Shown in pieces: positions 34,464 through 43,804 of a stretch of 64,000 bases of DNA (the first letter of the stretch is position 1; each line of letters starts with the position of its first letter). The DNA is taken from NCBI GenBank assembly GCA_041854745.1, contig JBHACT010000040.1, positions 1,200 to 65,199 of the forward strand, given 5' to 3'. The notes under the pieces are model-generated. The model had not been told where the DNA came from. It saw only the letters and a list, made by a program, of their open reading frames with translations, and ran no database searches. Both the position numbers and the translations under genes were made by a program. The stretch comes from Candidatus Limimorpha sp. Lineage in GTDB: Bacteria > Bacteroidota > Bacteroidia > Bacteroidales > F082.

Positions 34464-34474
34464 TTAACTCTGAA

Positions 34475-35221
34475 ATGGGACTTTTAGACAATAAAGTGGC
34501 TCTGATTACGGGAGCCGGTCGTGGCATTGGCAAGGCCATCGCCATGCGTTTTGCCCAAGAAGGCTGCAAGATTGCCTTCACCGATATCGCCTTGAACGAT
34601 GTCGTTATGGAAACCGAAAAGGAACTGAAAGCTATGGGCGTTGAGGCCAAAGCTTATGCCTCCAACGCCGCGAACTTTGAGGAAACACACAAGGTGGTTG
34701 ATGAAATCGTCAAGGACTTTGGCCGCATTGACATCCTCGTCAACAACGCGGGTATCACTAAGGACACTGCCCTTAAGCGCATGACTGAGGACCAGTGGGA
34801 TGCTGTTATTAATGTGAACCTCAAGTCGGTGTTCAACTTCACCAAGGCCGTGCAGCCCGTCATGTGGAAGCAGGCCGGCGGCAGTGTCATCAACATGAGC
34901 TCGGTGGTGGGTGTTTCGGGTAATGCCAACCAGTGCAACTACTCCGCTTCGAAGGCCGGTATCATCGGCTTCACCAAGAGCGCGGCCAAGGAGATGGGTT
35001 TGCGTGGTATCCGCCACAACGTCATCGCCCCCGGCTTCATCGTTACCGCCATGACCGACGCCCTGCCTGAGGATGTCCGTAAGGCTTGGGAGAGCCAAAT
35101 TCCATTGCGGCGCGGTGGAACGCCCGAAGATGTGGCCAATGTTGCCCTCTTCCTCGCTTCCGACCTCTCCTCGTATGTTACGGGTCAGGTCATCCACTGC
35201 TGTGGTGGTATGAATTGCTAA
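34475..35221 (+). CDS. fabG: 3-oxoacyl-ACP reductase
   Basis: SDR motifs TGAGRGIG, NNAG, S...YSASK; ATG 34475 (34442 is TTG). Confidence 0.85.
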   Translation: MGLLDNKVALITGAGRGIGKAIAMRFAQEGCKIAFTDIALNDVVMETEKELKAMGVEAKAYASNAANFEETHKVVDEIVKDFGRIDILVNNAGITKDTALKRMTEDQWDAVINVNLKSVFNFTKAVQPVMWKQAGGSVINMSSVVGVSGNANQCNYSASKAGIIGFTKSAAKEMGLRGIRHNVIAPGFIVTAMTDALPEDVRKAWESQIPLRRGGTPEDVANVALFLASDLSSYVTGQVIHCCGGMNC

Positions 35222-35224
35222 GAA

Positions 35225-35254
35225 GACATGGGACTGCGAGACTTTGGGACACGG
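35225..35254 (+). repeat. Post-fabG element (GACATGGGACTGCGAGACTTTGGGACACGG)
   Basis: Shares GACATGGGAC with 33571 and GACTGCG(A/G)G with 34381 and 32258. Confidence 0.5.
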
Positions 35255-35339
35255 AACAATGTCGCCTAAGTTTCCTGTCTTGAGAATATTTTGAAAACGA
35301 TTGCAGATGAAAGTGCCTCGCGTGTCGGGGCATTTTCTA

Positions 35340-36218
35340 TTATTTCTTGTTGAACGCCTCCAAAACCTTTGCCGAATAGGTCTTGGAAACGGGAATTGAC
35401 TCCAAGCCCTCGCGCTCGAAGTCGATGACGAAACCGTCGGTCTCATTGTGGAGCACGCTCACCTTATTTATATTGACGATATAGGAGCGATGGCATCGCA
35501 TCAAACTGCTGGAATCCAAGCAGTTGTCTTCAATTGTCTTCATCTTGCAGCGCAGCATATAGCTCGCAATGGCACCGCTGCGTTGGTAGAACACATTGAT
35601 GTAGTTGTCTTCCGCCTTGATGTAATACAGGTTGTCGAGCTTGACGGACAGCTTCAAGTTGCCGTTGTTGTCCATCAGGTTGATGATTTCGGTGTGCTCG
35701 GGCATTACTTCATCATCCGACTCCACGGTATCGCTCTTGGTGAGCATAAGTTTCTGGCGTGTGTCCTGCAACAGCATAATGAGGTCGGTGATGGTATAAG
35801 GTACCGCCAAGGCAATAAAGGTGATAAGCAGGCTCTTGGCGAAGATATAGGCGAAGCTGTAGTCCGTGGCCATAATCTGGAAATAGGATATGCAGGTATG
35901 GAAGACGGCAATGAGCACGATCTCAAGGAACAGCCATAGGATATAGACCCCCATGGGGAAATGGCGCAATCTCTTGACAGCTAAGGTCATCAGCACGCGG
36001 CTACAGGCCAAGAAGAAAGTGCCTATGCCGACAAAAGCCACAGTGTTCAAGAAGCGGCTGTTGGCTCCAAGCTCGAACCACGAAGTATCGGAGAAGGGCG
36101 TGTAGGCCGTCAGAAACACCAAAGCGAACAGAGTGGAGATAATCACATTCAGCGACTGACCGACAGGTTCTGTCAGACACTCAGGGGTTTGCGTTATCAG
36201 TCGTTTTGGGAATCTCAT
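35340..36218 (-). CDS. Membrane-anchored LytTR-family DNA-binding protein
   Basis: 4-5 N-terminal TM helices plus C-terminal LytTR domain (YIKAEDNYINVFY...CHRSYIVNINKV). Confidence 0.8.
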   Translation of the reverse strand: MRFPKRLITQTPECLTEPVGQSLNVIISTLFALVFLTAYTPFSDTSWFELGANSRFLNTVAFVGIGTFFLACSRVLMTLAVKRLRHFPMGVYILWLFLEIVLIAVFHTCISYFQIMATDYSFAYIFAKSLLITFIALAVPYTITDLIMLLQDTRQKLMLTKSDTVESDDEVMPEHTEIINLMDNNGNLKLSVKLDNLYYIKAEDNYINVFYQRSGAIASYMLRCKMKTIEDNCLDSSSLMRCHRSYIVNINKVSVLHNETDGFVIDFEREGLESIPVSKTYSAKVLEAFNKK

Positions 36219-36240
36219 AGATGTTCGTCAAAATTCGCGG

Positions 36241-36248
36241 CAAAGATA
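36241..36248 (-). promoter_or_regulatory. Bacteroidota -7 promoter box (TAnnTTTG)
   Basis: TATCTTTG on minus strand, 22 nt before ATG 36218. Confidence 0.55.
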
Positions 36249-36358
36249 CAAAAATAACTGAATTGTGATTTTGGGATTGCCTTTGGCAAGATTTTTTGAA
36301 AATCTAATCAAAAATCCGTCAATGCTTGTTTTTCTAAGCCTTTAAAATGGGTTTTTAT

Positions 36359-36847
36359 TCAGTTTTCTCGCGAAACAATTTCTTTCAAAACTTCCCACAC
36401 CAAAGAACCTTCGAAGCCTTTCTGCATGGCATAGGCGGCCAATTTGCGCTTTTTCTCGAAATCGTTTTCCGCCTTTACGGTCTTTGACTTTGCCTTGAGG
36501 GTGTCGATGAGCCGTTGGCGATAGACTTCTTCGTCAGTCTGTCCGAGAGCTTCGTCGATAAGTTCCTTGGCGATGCCTTTCTGCATGAGGCGGAAACGGA
36601 TTTTGTTCATGCCCCAGCCGCTTTGGTTGACCTTGCCCCTGACAAAACTTTTGGCAAACCTTTCATCGTTGACGAAACGGTTATCCAACAGATAATCAAG
36701 GATTTTGCTTCTTTCTTCTTGAGGGAGGTCGAAAGTTTTCAGCTTGTCGTGCACCTCTTTTACGCAGCGTTCCTGATAGGCGCAGTATTTGGCCATTTTG
36801 TCAAGAATCTGGTCGGGGGTGAGCGGCTTGGCAGGACTTTTGGGCAT
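36359..36847 (-). CDS. recX: Regulatory protein RecX
   Basis: YCAYQERCVKEV...NDERFAKSFVRGK...KIRFRLMQKGI RecX repeats; TGATG overlap with upstream gene. Confidence 0.8.
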   Translation of the reverse strand: MPKSPAKPLTPDQILDKMAKYCAYQERCVKEVHDKLKTFDLPQEERSKILDYLLDNRFVNDERFAKSFVRGKVNQSGWGMNKIRFRLMQKGIAKELIDEALGQTDEEVYRQRLIDTLKAKSKTVKAENDFEKKRKLAAYAMQKGFEGSLVWEVLKEIVSREN

Positions 36848-37866
36848 CAGCAGTCGATTTTGAGGTCGCCTTCTTTAATCCATCCCATCTGTCTCATAAT
36901 CAGTCCAAAGAGCCATGTGAGCACGGCGGGCAGGACGAAACACACCAATGCTATGCCGGTCCACATGTTTGTGCCGCCGTTGGGCATGGCGGTGTAGATT
37001 CCGATGGGGCCGACGAGGCCGCAAGTTCCCATGCCGGAGCCTATGGGGATGTTCTCGAGATGGAAGACACAGGTGGCGATGGGGCCTGTGATGGCGGCGG
37101 TGAGTAGCACGGGAATCCAGATACGGGGATTTTTCACGATATTGCCCATTTGCAGCATGGAGGTGCCCAGCCCCTGTGCTACCAGTCCGCCCCAACGGTT
37201 TTCCCTGAAACTCAAGATGGCGAAACCGATCATCTGGGCGCAGCAGCCGGCCGTGGCAGCGCCTCCAGCGATGCCGCCCAAGCCTATGGCAAGGCAGATG
37301 GCTGCCGAACTGATGGGCAGGGTGAGCACCATGCCGATGACGACGGAGACGATAATGCCCATGAGGAGGGGCTGCATTTGTGTGGCGTTTTCGATGAAAG
37401 TGCCGAGCGCGGTCATCACTTTTTGGATGGGCGCACCGATGAGATAGGCCACCAACACGCCGCTGATGATGACTACGGCAGGTGACACCAAAATATCGAC
37501 TTGGGTCTCCTTGTAAACCATCTTGCCCAATTCGGCGGCGGCGATGACGGCGACATAGGCACCCATCGGGCCGCCCAATTCGTTGCCGGCAATGCCGACG
37601 GCGATGGCACTGAACAGCACCAAGCCTTCGCAACGCAATTTATAGGCGATGGCAACAGCGATAGCAGCACCGGTGGCGTCTTTGGCGTATTTGGCGATGG
37701 TAGCGAAAGCCTCAACGCCCGTCTTGTCGCCCAAGGTCTGAAAGATTGTTCCAATCAGCAGGGAGGCAAAGAGGCCCAAAGCCATAGCACCAAGAGCGTC
37801 GACAAAATAGGCCTTCCATGTCATGTCGACGCCCTTGCGTTGGCAAAAAGCTTTGAATTTGCTCAT
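36847..37866 (-). CDS. PTS EIIC_2-family polytopic membrane protein (transporter-like)
   Basis: DALGAMALGLFASLLIGTIFQTLG and Gly/Ala-rich TM helices as in stand-alone EIIC_2 proteins; ATG 37866 (37884 is TTG). Confidence 0.65.
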   Translation of the reverse strand: MSKFKAFCQRKGVDMTWKAYFVDALGAMALGLFASLLIGTIFQTLGDKTGVEAFATIAKYAKDATGAAIAVAIAYKLRCEGLVLFSAIAVGIAGNELGGPMGAYVAVIAAAELGKMVYKETQVDILVSPAVVIISGVLVAYLIGAPIQKVMTALGTFIENATQMQPLLMGIIVSVVIGMVLTLPISSAAICLAIGLGGIAGGAATAGCCAQMIGFAILSFRENRWGGLVAQGLGTSMLQMGNIVKNPRIWIPVLLTAAITGPIATCVFHLENIPIGSGMGTCGLVGPIGIYTAMPNGGTNMWTGIALVCFVLPAVLTWLFGLIMRQMGWIKEGDLKIDC

Positions 37867-37873
37867 GCTTTTA

Positions 37874-38599
37874 TCAGAACTCAATGCCTTCGATACCGTT
37901 TTCTGTCATCAGGTCGGACAGTTTGGTGTCGGAGTCATCGACGGCGGCAAGGCAGTTGGTGACGACACGGATCTGATTGGCGGGATAGAAAGCCATCAGG
38001 TCTTTGGTGGTCTCAAAAACACAGTAGTCGGTGGCGATACCGCAAATGTCGATGCCTTCAAAGCCTTTTTCCTTGATGACGGAACTGAGTTTTTCTCCGC
38101 TTTGTGCATTTTGGAATATGCTGAATTCCTCTTTTTCGGCGAGGTCGCCTTTTTGCATGTAATAGACGTTAGGGATGTTGGGCATGATGGTTTTCAATGC
38201 TTCCTGAAGGGCAGGGTAAACCTCCATGCCTTCGGTGCCTTGCACGCAGTGAGGCGGGAATATGCCACCTTGTTCTATGAAAGAGCTGTGGTTGGCGGGG
38301 TGTGCGTCTTGTGTGACGATAATCCATGAGTAGTCTTTCCATGCGCCTTCATTCAAGGCCTTGGCGAGATAGTCCATGGCGGCAGGACCGTTGGCGGTGG
38401 CTAAGCTGCCCGTGGTGAAGTCAACCTGCGGGTCAACGATGATGAGCAGGCGGTTGGGAAGTGCGACTTCCTCAACAGCAGCTTCGGTCTCGGTTGCGTT
38501 GTTGGCTTCTTTGTTCTTTTGGTTGTTGTTGTCGCAGCCGGTAAAGGCAATGGCGGCAAAGAGCACGATGGCTCCGAGCAAATGTTTTTTCATATTCAT
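37874..38599 (-). CDS. Lipoprotein of the isochorismatase/nicotinamidase (PncA-like) family
   Basis: Lipobox AIAFTGC; LLIIVDPQVDF, VTQDAHPANHSSF, PPHCVQGT, catalytic-Cys motif ICGIATDYCV; ATG 38599 lies downstream of the -7 box. Confidence 0.75.
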   Translation of the reverse strand: MNMKKHLLGAIVLFAAIAFTGCDNNNQKNKEANNATETEAAVEEVALPNRLLIIVDPQVDFTTGSLATANGPAAMDYLAKALNEGAWKDYSWIIVTQDAHPANHSSFIEQGGIFPPHCVQGTEGMEVYPALQEALKTIMPNIPNVYYMQKGDLAEKEEFSIFQNAQSGEKLSSVIKEKGFEGIDICGIATDYCVFETTKDLMAFYPANQIRVVTNCLAAVDDSDTKLSDLMTENGIEGIEF

Positions 38600-38619
38600 A
38601 GAAGTTTGAAAATTTGCTG

Positions 38620-38627
38620 CAAAAGTA
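38620..38627 (-). promoter_or_regulatory. Bacteroidota -7 promoter box (TAnnTTTG)
   Basis: TACTTTTG on minus strand, 20 nt before ATG 38599. Confidence 0.55.
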
Positions 38628-38640
38628 CGCATTTTTGTTG

Positions 38641-39120
38641 TTATATGACAAACATTAGCTCTGTGTCTGGCCCGAAAACGACCTCAAACTGGAAATAGTT
38701 ACGCCCATCCTTCTTGATGTTGACCATGTAGGTTTGTCCCGACTTCAGGTTTTCGATGGTAAGGTCCACATGGTAGCCGCAAATGCAGTCGGCGAACGAA
38801 TCCTCATATAGGAGGGAGAGGGAGATGTTTTGTCCTTGTGCGATGGTTTCATGCCAGATAGTGTCCGTTCCACAGAAGAACGGCGTGTTCGTAGTGCTGA
38901 TTTTCAGCTTTGTTTCGTCAACGGCGGTAACATAAATCGTGTCGTTCCAGTCTTCATGGCGCACTTCTTTTGTGTCTAAGGTGATGCCGTTGCATCCTGA
39001 AACGCAGAAGTCGGAAACTTTGGGCGATAAAGCCGCTTTCTTGTTGCATCCTCCCAAGGTGAGGAATCCAACGACCAGAAGTGCCGTTAGGGCGAGAATG
39101 ATGTTGCTTAATTTTTTCAT
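38641..39120 (-). CDS. Hypothetical lipoprotein
   Basis: Lipobox FLTLGGC; Cys-rich mature part; no family recognised. Confidence 0.55.
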   Translation of the reverse strand: MKKLSNIILALTALLVVGFLTLGGCNKKAALSPKVSDFCVSGCNGITLDTKEVRHEDWNDTIYVTAVDETKLKISTTNTPFFCGTDTIWHETIAQGQNISLSLLYEDSFADCICGYHVDLTIENLKSGQTYMVNIKKDGRNYFQFEVVFGPDTELMFVI

Positions 39121-39282
39121 AACTTTGAAAAGGGACTTCTAATGATACTTGATTTTCATGTTTTGGGTTGTCAGAAAGCCGAAGTCCCATTAGGGCAAAT
39201 CTTTCAACTCGGTGCAAAAATACACTTTTTTATTCTATTCTGCAAGTGTTTTGTCCATTTTTTTGTTCAGCCATTCCGTTTT

Positions 39283-41109
39283 TCAACCGAATAACTTCTT
39301 GATCCAATCCGCGTGCCCGATTCTTCTCAGTGCGCTCTTCACCCACTCGCGGTTTTCGGGCTTGTACCAGAAGAAAAAGCGTTGCTGCGCGAGTTTTTCT
39401 TCCTTGGTTTTGGCCACAAAGACCGGCTCAAGCGTGTAAGGATCGTAACCCGAATAGTAAATCTCGGTGGCCAAGGTCATGGGGGTGGGGGTGAAGTCCT
39501 GTACTTGTTCCAGACGATAGCCTAAGGCTTTGGTTTTCACGGCCAAGTCAGCCATGTCTTCGAGGTAGCAATCGGGGTGCGAGGAGATGAAATAGGGGAT
39601 GAGTTGCTGGTTCAAGTGTTCTTTCTCGTTGATGAGGTCGAATTTCTTCTTGAGCAGGGCAAACATCTCAAACTTGGGCTTGCGCAGGAGCTTCAAAACG
39701 GCATCGCTGGTGTGTTCGGGCGCTACTTTCAACCGTCCGCTCACATGGCGTGTAACCAATTGACGGAAGTATTCGTCGTAGCCCAAGGCCTTGTTCTCCT
39801 CAGGCGAGCAGTCATGCAAAAACAAGTCGTAGCGTATGCCCGAGCCGATGGTGGCTTTTTTCACTTTCGGGTTCTTGTCCACCTCTTTATATATCTCGAT
39901 GAGCGGGTGGTGGTCGGTGTTGAGGTTTTTGCACACGGTGGGTTGCAGGCAGGTGGGTCGGGCACATTTTTCGCAAAGGCGTTCGTCTTTGCCTTTCATG
40001 CGATACATGTTTGCCGAAGGTCCGCCCAAGTCGCTGATATAACCTTTGAAATCTTCCATCTCGGTTACTTTTTCCACCTCTTTTAATATGGACTCCTTGC
40101 TGCGCGAGGCCACAAATTTGCCTTGATGTGCCGAAATGGTACAAAAAGCGCAGCCGCCGAAGCAGCCACGGTGCAGGTTGACCGAATGCCGTATCATCTC
40201 GTAAGCGGGAATCACGCCTCGCTTGTTGTATTTCGGATGTGGCAGGCGGGTGTAGGGCAGGTCAAAGGAGGCGTCAATTTGGGCTTCAGTGAAAGTGGAT
40301 AAAGGAGGGTTGATTATAAGTCTTTGGCCGCCAATGTTTTGAATTAACCTTGCTGCATGTTTCTTGTTGGATTCTTCCTCGATGTGGCGGAAATTGGAAG
40401 CGTATTTTTTCTTGTCTTTCAGGCAGACCTCATGCGAGACGAGTTCGATGGTATCGCCCTCAAAATCTGGTAGGGGTTGTTTTTTGTCTTGCAGGAAGAA
40501 AGTTTGTTGTATGCCTGTCATTTTGTTGACATTCATGCCATTTTGTATGGCTTTGGCGATTTCCACCATGGTGATTTCACCCATGCCATACACGCCCATG
40601 TCGGCCTTGCAATCGGACAAGATGCTGGGTTTCAGGCAGTCGTCCCAATAGTCGTAATGTGTGACACGCCTTAGCGAAGCTTCGATGCCGCCTACGATGA
40701 CAGGCACATCGGGGTAGAGTTGTTTGAGGATGTTGCAATAGACCACGGTGGCACGGTCGGGGCGGAAGCCCGCCTCGCCGCCGGGCGTGTAAGCGTCGTT
40801 GCTTCGCAGGCGTTTGTTGGCGGTGTAGTGGTTCACCATCGAGTCCATGCAGCCTGCCGACACGCCGAAATAAAGTCTCGGTTTCCCGAACTTCTTGAAA
40901 TCGCGTAGGTCGTCGCGCCAATTGGGCTGTGGGATGAGCGCCACGCGGAAGCCTGCGTGTTCCAAAACCCTTCCGATGACGGCTGCCCCAAAAGCGGGAT
41001 GGTCGACATAGGCATCGCCGGTAACGAACACCACATCCACCTCGTCCCAACCGCGAAGGTCGGTCTCTTTCTTGGTAATGGGAAGCCAGTCGAGAAGGTT
41101 GTGTTGCAT
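39283..41109 (-). CDS. ygiQ: YgiQ-family radical SAM protein
   Basis: N-terminal VTGDAYVDHPAFG domain, CFGGCAFC (CxxxCxxC) cluster motif. Confidence 0.9.
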   Translation of the reverse strand: MQHNLLDWLPITKKETDLRGWDEVDVVFVTGDAYVDHPAFGAAVIGRVLEHAGFRVALIPQPNWRDDLRDFKKFGKPRLYFGVSAGCMDSMVNHYTANKRLRSNDAYTPGGEAGFRPDRATVVYCNILKQLYPDVPVIVGGIEASLRRVTHYDYWDDCLKPSILSDCKADMGVYGMGEITMVEIAKAIQNGMNVNKMTGIQQTFFLQDKKQPLPDFEGDTIELVSHEVCLKDKKKYASNFRHIEEESNKKHAARLIQNIGGQRLIINPPLSTFTEAQIDASFDLPYTRLPHPKYNKRGVIPAYEMIRHSVNLHRGCFGGCAFCTISAHQGKFVASRSKESILKEVEKVTEMEDFKGYISDLGGPSANMYRMKGKDERLCEKCARPTCLQPTVCKNLNTDHHPLIEIYKEVDKNPKVKKATIGSGIRYDLFLHDCSPEENKALGYDEYFRQLVTRHVSGRLKVAPEHTSDAVLKLLRKPKFEMFALLKKKFDLINEKEHLNQQLIPYFISSHPDCYLEDMADLAVKTKALGYRLEQVQDFTPTPMTLATEIYYSGYDPYTLEPVFVAKTKEEKLAQQRFFFWYKPENREWVKSALRRIGHADWIKKLFG

Positions 41110-41128
41110 GGTGTGTTCTATCGAAAGG

Positions 41129-41136
41129 CAAAAATA
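41129..41136 (-). promoter_or_regulatory. Bacteroidota -7 promoter box (TAnnTTTG)
   Basis: TATTTTTG on minus strand, 19 nt before ygiQ ATG. Confidence 0.55.
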
Positions 41137-41194
41137 GGAGTTTTATCGCGAATACAAGCAAAACTCCTATATATTATTGATTGCCGGTGAAAAA

Positions 41195-42319
41195 CTATCT
41201 CACATGAAATCCCTGTCCGTTGGTTTCCAAGCCCTTGAAATAGTTGTATTTCTCTTGGTCCAAAGGATAGTCCCAGCAGCCCAACCCGTGGTGCATTCTG
41301 CCTCCAAAACCAATCTTGAACTTGTACAACCCATACAAGGGATGATTGGCATCGGGGCCGGGCGAAACACCGAACATGTCGTATTCATTGCACCCCATAG
41401 CTTTCGACATCTTGATGGCTTCCCACTGCAAGGCGTATGTAGCCATGCAGTTCCTGTTGACCGACGAAGAGGCACCATAAAGATAGGATCCGCGTTTCCC
41501 TGTGATAATCAGGAACATGGCGGCAATGGGCTTGCCTTCGTATTCAGCCAGCAAAAGATGTACATCGGCCGGCGACAACCCTTTGCAGGAACGGGCGGAA
41601 AAAACGGTTTCAAAATAACTTATATCGTTCAGATACAAACTGTTTCGCATAGCCGTCTCCTTATACAACTCATACCACACATCAAGGCTTTCCATGCCCA
41701 TAGACCGCACTTCAACGCCTTTCCTTTGAGAAAGATGGATGTTGTAACGGGTTTTGGGCTTCATGCGCATCAAAATCGTATCCAAATCGTCCTGAAGGTT
41801 GATATAAATGGTGCTCGACGGCAAGATGTTAAACTGCGCCTTCTGGAAGTTCCAGTTGATGGTGTTGCAGTTGAACCTCAGGTTTTGCAGGTTCATATCG
41901 GGCAGCGCCTGAAAAATGCCGTTCTCATCGTAACAATCGGGGTTGTTTGCCCAATACGATTCCCAACTCAAATCGTAACGGATCAGGATACAATTCTTGG
42001 GAAGAAAAGGGCGGATGCATTCCGATATTTCTTCGAGAAAAACACCCTGATACTGCTCGTCCGGCTCCAATTCGGGTCCATAGGGCACGTATGCGACCGA
42101 CATGTCGCTGCCGAGATGACGCACAATGACCAAGAAATCGGAATGGATGTACTTGTCGTATTCCACATTGGCAAACAGATCCGATTTCCTCGACTTGAAG
42201 TCGATGGCGATGGGACTGGCGCCTTGCTTTTTCTTCACAAGCGACCAAAAGGAGGTCTGCTGTACAATAGGGGTTTTGTAGAGGTCTTCCACCTCTTTTC
42301 TATAAACATTCGTAAGCAT
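41195..42319 (-). CDS. FemAB-family (aminoacyl-tRNA-dependent peptidoglycan bridge) transferase-like protein
   Basis: SYLYGASS...ATYALQWEAIKMSKAMGCNEYDMFG...GLYKFKIGFGG pattern. Confidence 0.75.
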   Translation of the reverse strand: MLTNVYRKEVEDLYKTPIVQQTSFWSLVKKKQGASPIAIDFKSRKSDLFANVEYDKYIHSDFLVIVRHLGSDMSVAYVPYGPELEPDEQYQGVFLEEISECIRPFLPKNCILIRYDLSWESYWANNPDCYDENGIFQALPDMNLQNLRFNCNTINWNFQKAQFNILPSSTIYINLQDDLDTILMRMKPKTRYNIHLSQRKGVEVRSMGMESLDVWYELYKETAMRNSLYLNDISYFETVFSARSCKGLSPADVHLLLAEYEGKPIAAMFLIITGKRGSYLYGASSSVNRNCMATYALQWEAIKMSKAMGCNEYDMFGVSPGPDANHPLYGLYKFKIGFGGRMHHGLGCWDYPLDQEKYNYFKGLETNGQGFHVR

Positions 42320-42435
42320 GTCGGAGGATTATTGTCAACAAATCATATCTCGTTTACACCTGTGATGTAAACTTTAGGAAAACGATATGCCGTTGATAGG
42401 GATTTCATTGCAATAAAATAACCTGAATTCGGCTG

Positions 42436-42443
42436 CAAAGATA
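42436..42443 (-). promoter_or_regulatory. Bacteroidota -7 promoter box (TAnnTTTG)
   Basis: TATCTTTG on minus strand, 116 nt before ATG 42319. Confidence 0.45.
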
Positions 42444-42677
42444 CCCAATTATTACATACAAAACTGATTTTCCGATAAATAATGTCGCTTTCTTCCTAAT
42501 CGGTATGTTTCCGCCATGCCGTTTCATTGGTAACAACCTATTGCGACTTTTCAACGGCTTTCCGACAAGTAAGATTTATTTCTCTTTTTGCTTCTTTATC
42601 TCAAAAAGAATTCCGACCTTTACAGCCGCAAAAACCAAATGCAATTTGTAAATCAAATTATTATAAATCAATAATAT

Positions 42678-43676
42678 ATGAGTAAGTTCAACGATACAAT
42701 GAAGGTAATTGGCCAAGCTTTGGCCGGCAAAAAGTTCTGGGTCGAGTTGCTGATCATGACTTTTGGCATGTTCATGACCGGTGTTTGTGTTTACTATTTC
42801 CTTGTTCCCAGCAAGCTGATTGTGGGTTCCATTTCCGGCTTGTCCATCGTGCTGACCAACATTTTCCAAGGTATGGGCGTCAGTATCAGTTTGTCAATGA
42901 TGATTTCGATCATCAATGCCATCCTGCTGATTTTGGCTTACCTGCTGATTGGCAAGGAGTTTGGCCTGAAAACAGTGTACTGCGCCATGATTCTCGGTCC
43001 CATGACCAAAGTCTGCGAATGGATTTATCCTTGGGAGAAACTCGCCACGGCCAACGAATACCTGTCAAAAATGCCGGGCGCTGATTCAACAGCGGTTTAT
43101 CAATCCGTGATGGGTAACCCATGGTTCGACCTTCTTTGTTGTGTGCTGATTTTGAGTGCGGCACAGACGCTGATGTTCTCCATCAACGCTTCTACCGGCG
43201 GTTTGGACATCTTGGCCAAGATTGTCAACAAGTACTTGCATTTCGACATTGGCAAGTCGGTGAGCGTGGCGGGTGCTATCATCTGCCTGACGGCTTTCGC
43301 CATCAATCCTTTCCAGATGGTGGTCATCGGTCTCATCGGCACATGGATCAACGGTATCATCGTCAACTATTTCACGGCCAACCTCAATAATCGGAAACGG
43401 GTTTGTATTGTGTCGAAAGATTATGACCGTATTCGGCGCTTTATTATTGATGATCTGAATCGCGGCTGTACCCTTTACGAAGTGATTGGCGGTTACACCA
43501 ATGAGAAGTCCATCGAATTGGAGGCCTTGCTGAAAAAAGATGAATTTTCGGCACTGATGGAATTCCTTAGTAAGAACGAAATCAAGGCGTTTACTACTGC
43601 TGGCAATGTCAGTGAAGTGTATGGATTGTGGGCAAAAGATCGACACCGCACACGAAAACACGCAGAAAGGCGTTAA
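42678..43676 (+). CDS. YitT-family membrane protein (DUF2179 C-terminal domain)
   Basis: Five-TM YitT core plus C-terminal ...GCTLYEVIGGYTNE... domain. Confidence 0.75.
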   Translation: MSKFNDTMKVIGQALAGKKFWVELLIMTFGMFMTGVCVYYFLVPSKLIVGSISGLSIVLTNIFQGMGVSISLSMMISIINAILLILAYLLIGKEFGLKTVYCAMILGPMTKVCEWIYPWEKLATANEYLSKMPGADSTAVYQSVMGNPWFDLLCCVLILSAAQTLMFSINASTGGLDILAKIVNKYLHFDIGKSVSVAGAIICLTAFAINPFQMVVIGLIGTWINGIIVNYFTANLNNRKRVCIVSKDYDRIRRFIIDDLNRGCTLYEVIGGYTNEKSIELEALLKKDEFSALMEFLSKNEIKAFTTAGNVSEVYGLWAKDRHRTRKHAERR

Positions 43677-43772
43677 TATAAAAGTAAGATTGTTTTTTTC
43701 ATGGTACCGCGGCTTGGAGCAATCCAGTCGCGGTTTTTTTGTTCTATCCTTGCTGGTTATTGGGGAAATTCT

Positions 43773-43780
43773 TATTTTTG
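43773..43780 (+). promoter_or_regulatory. Bacteroidota -7 promoter box (TAnnTTTG)
   Basis: TATTTTTG, 24 nt before pepT ATG. Confidence 0.55.
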
Positions 43781-43804
43781 CGCCTTTGTTAGTGACCCGA
43801 AAGA

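Noticed and set aside
36875-37633. 252-aa Arg/His/Gly-rich ORF in an alternative frame of the EIIC_2-like gene (and similar alternative-frame ORFs inside cstA, 22732..23337 and 23003..23371)
   Set aside because: These are same-strand off-frame translations with extreme composition. The overlapping frame encodes a coherent polytopic membrane protein.
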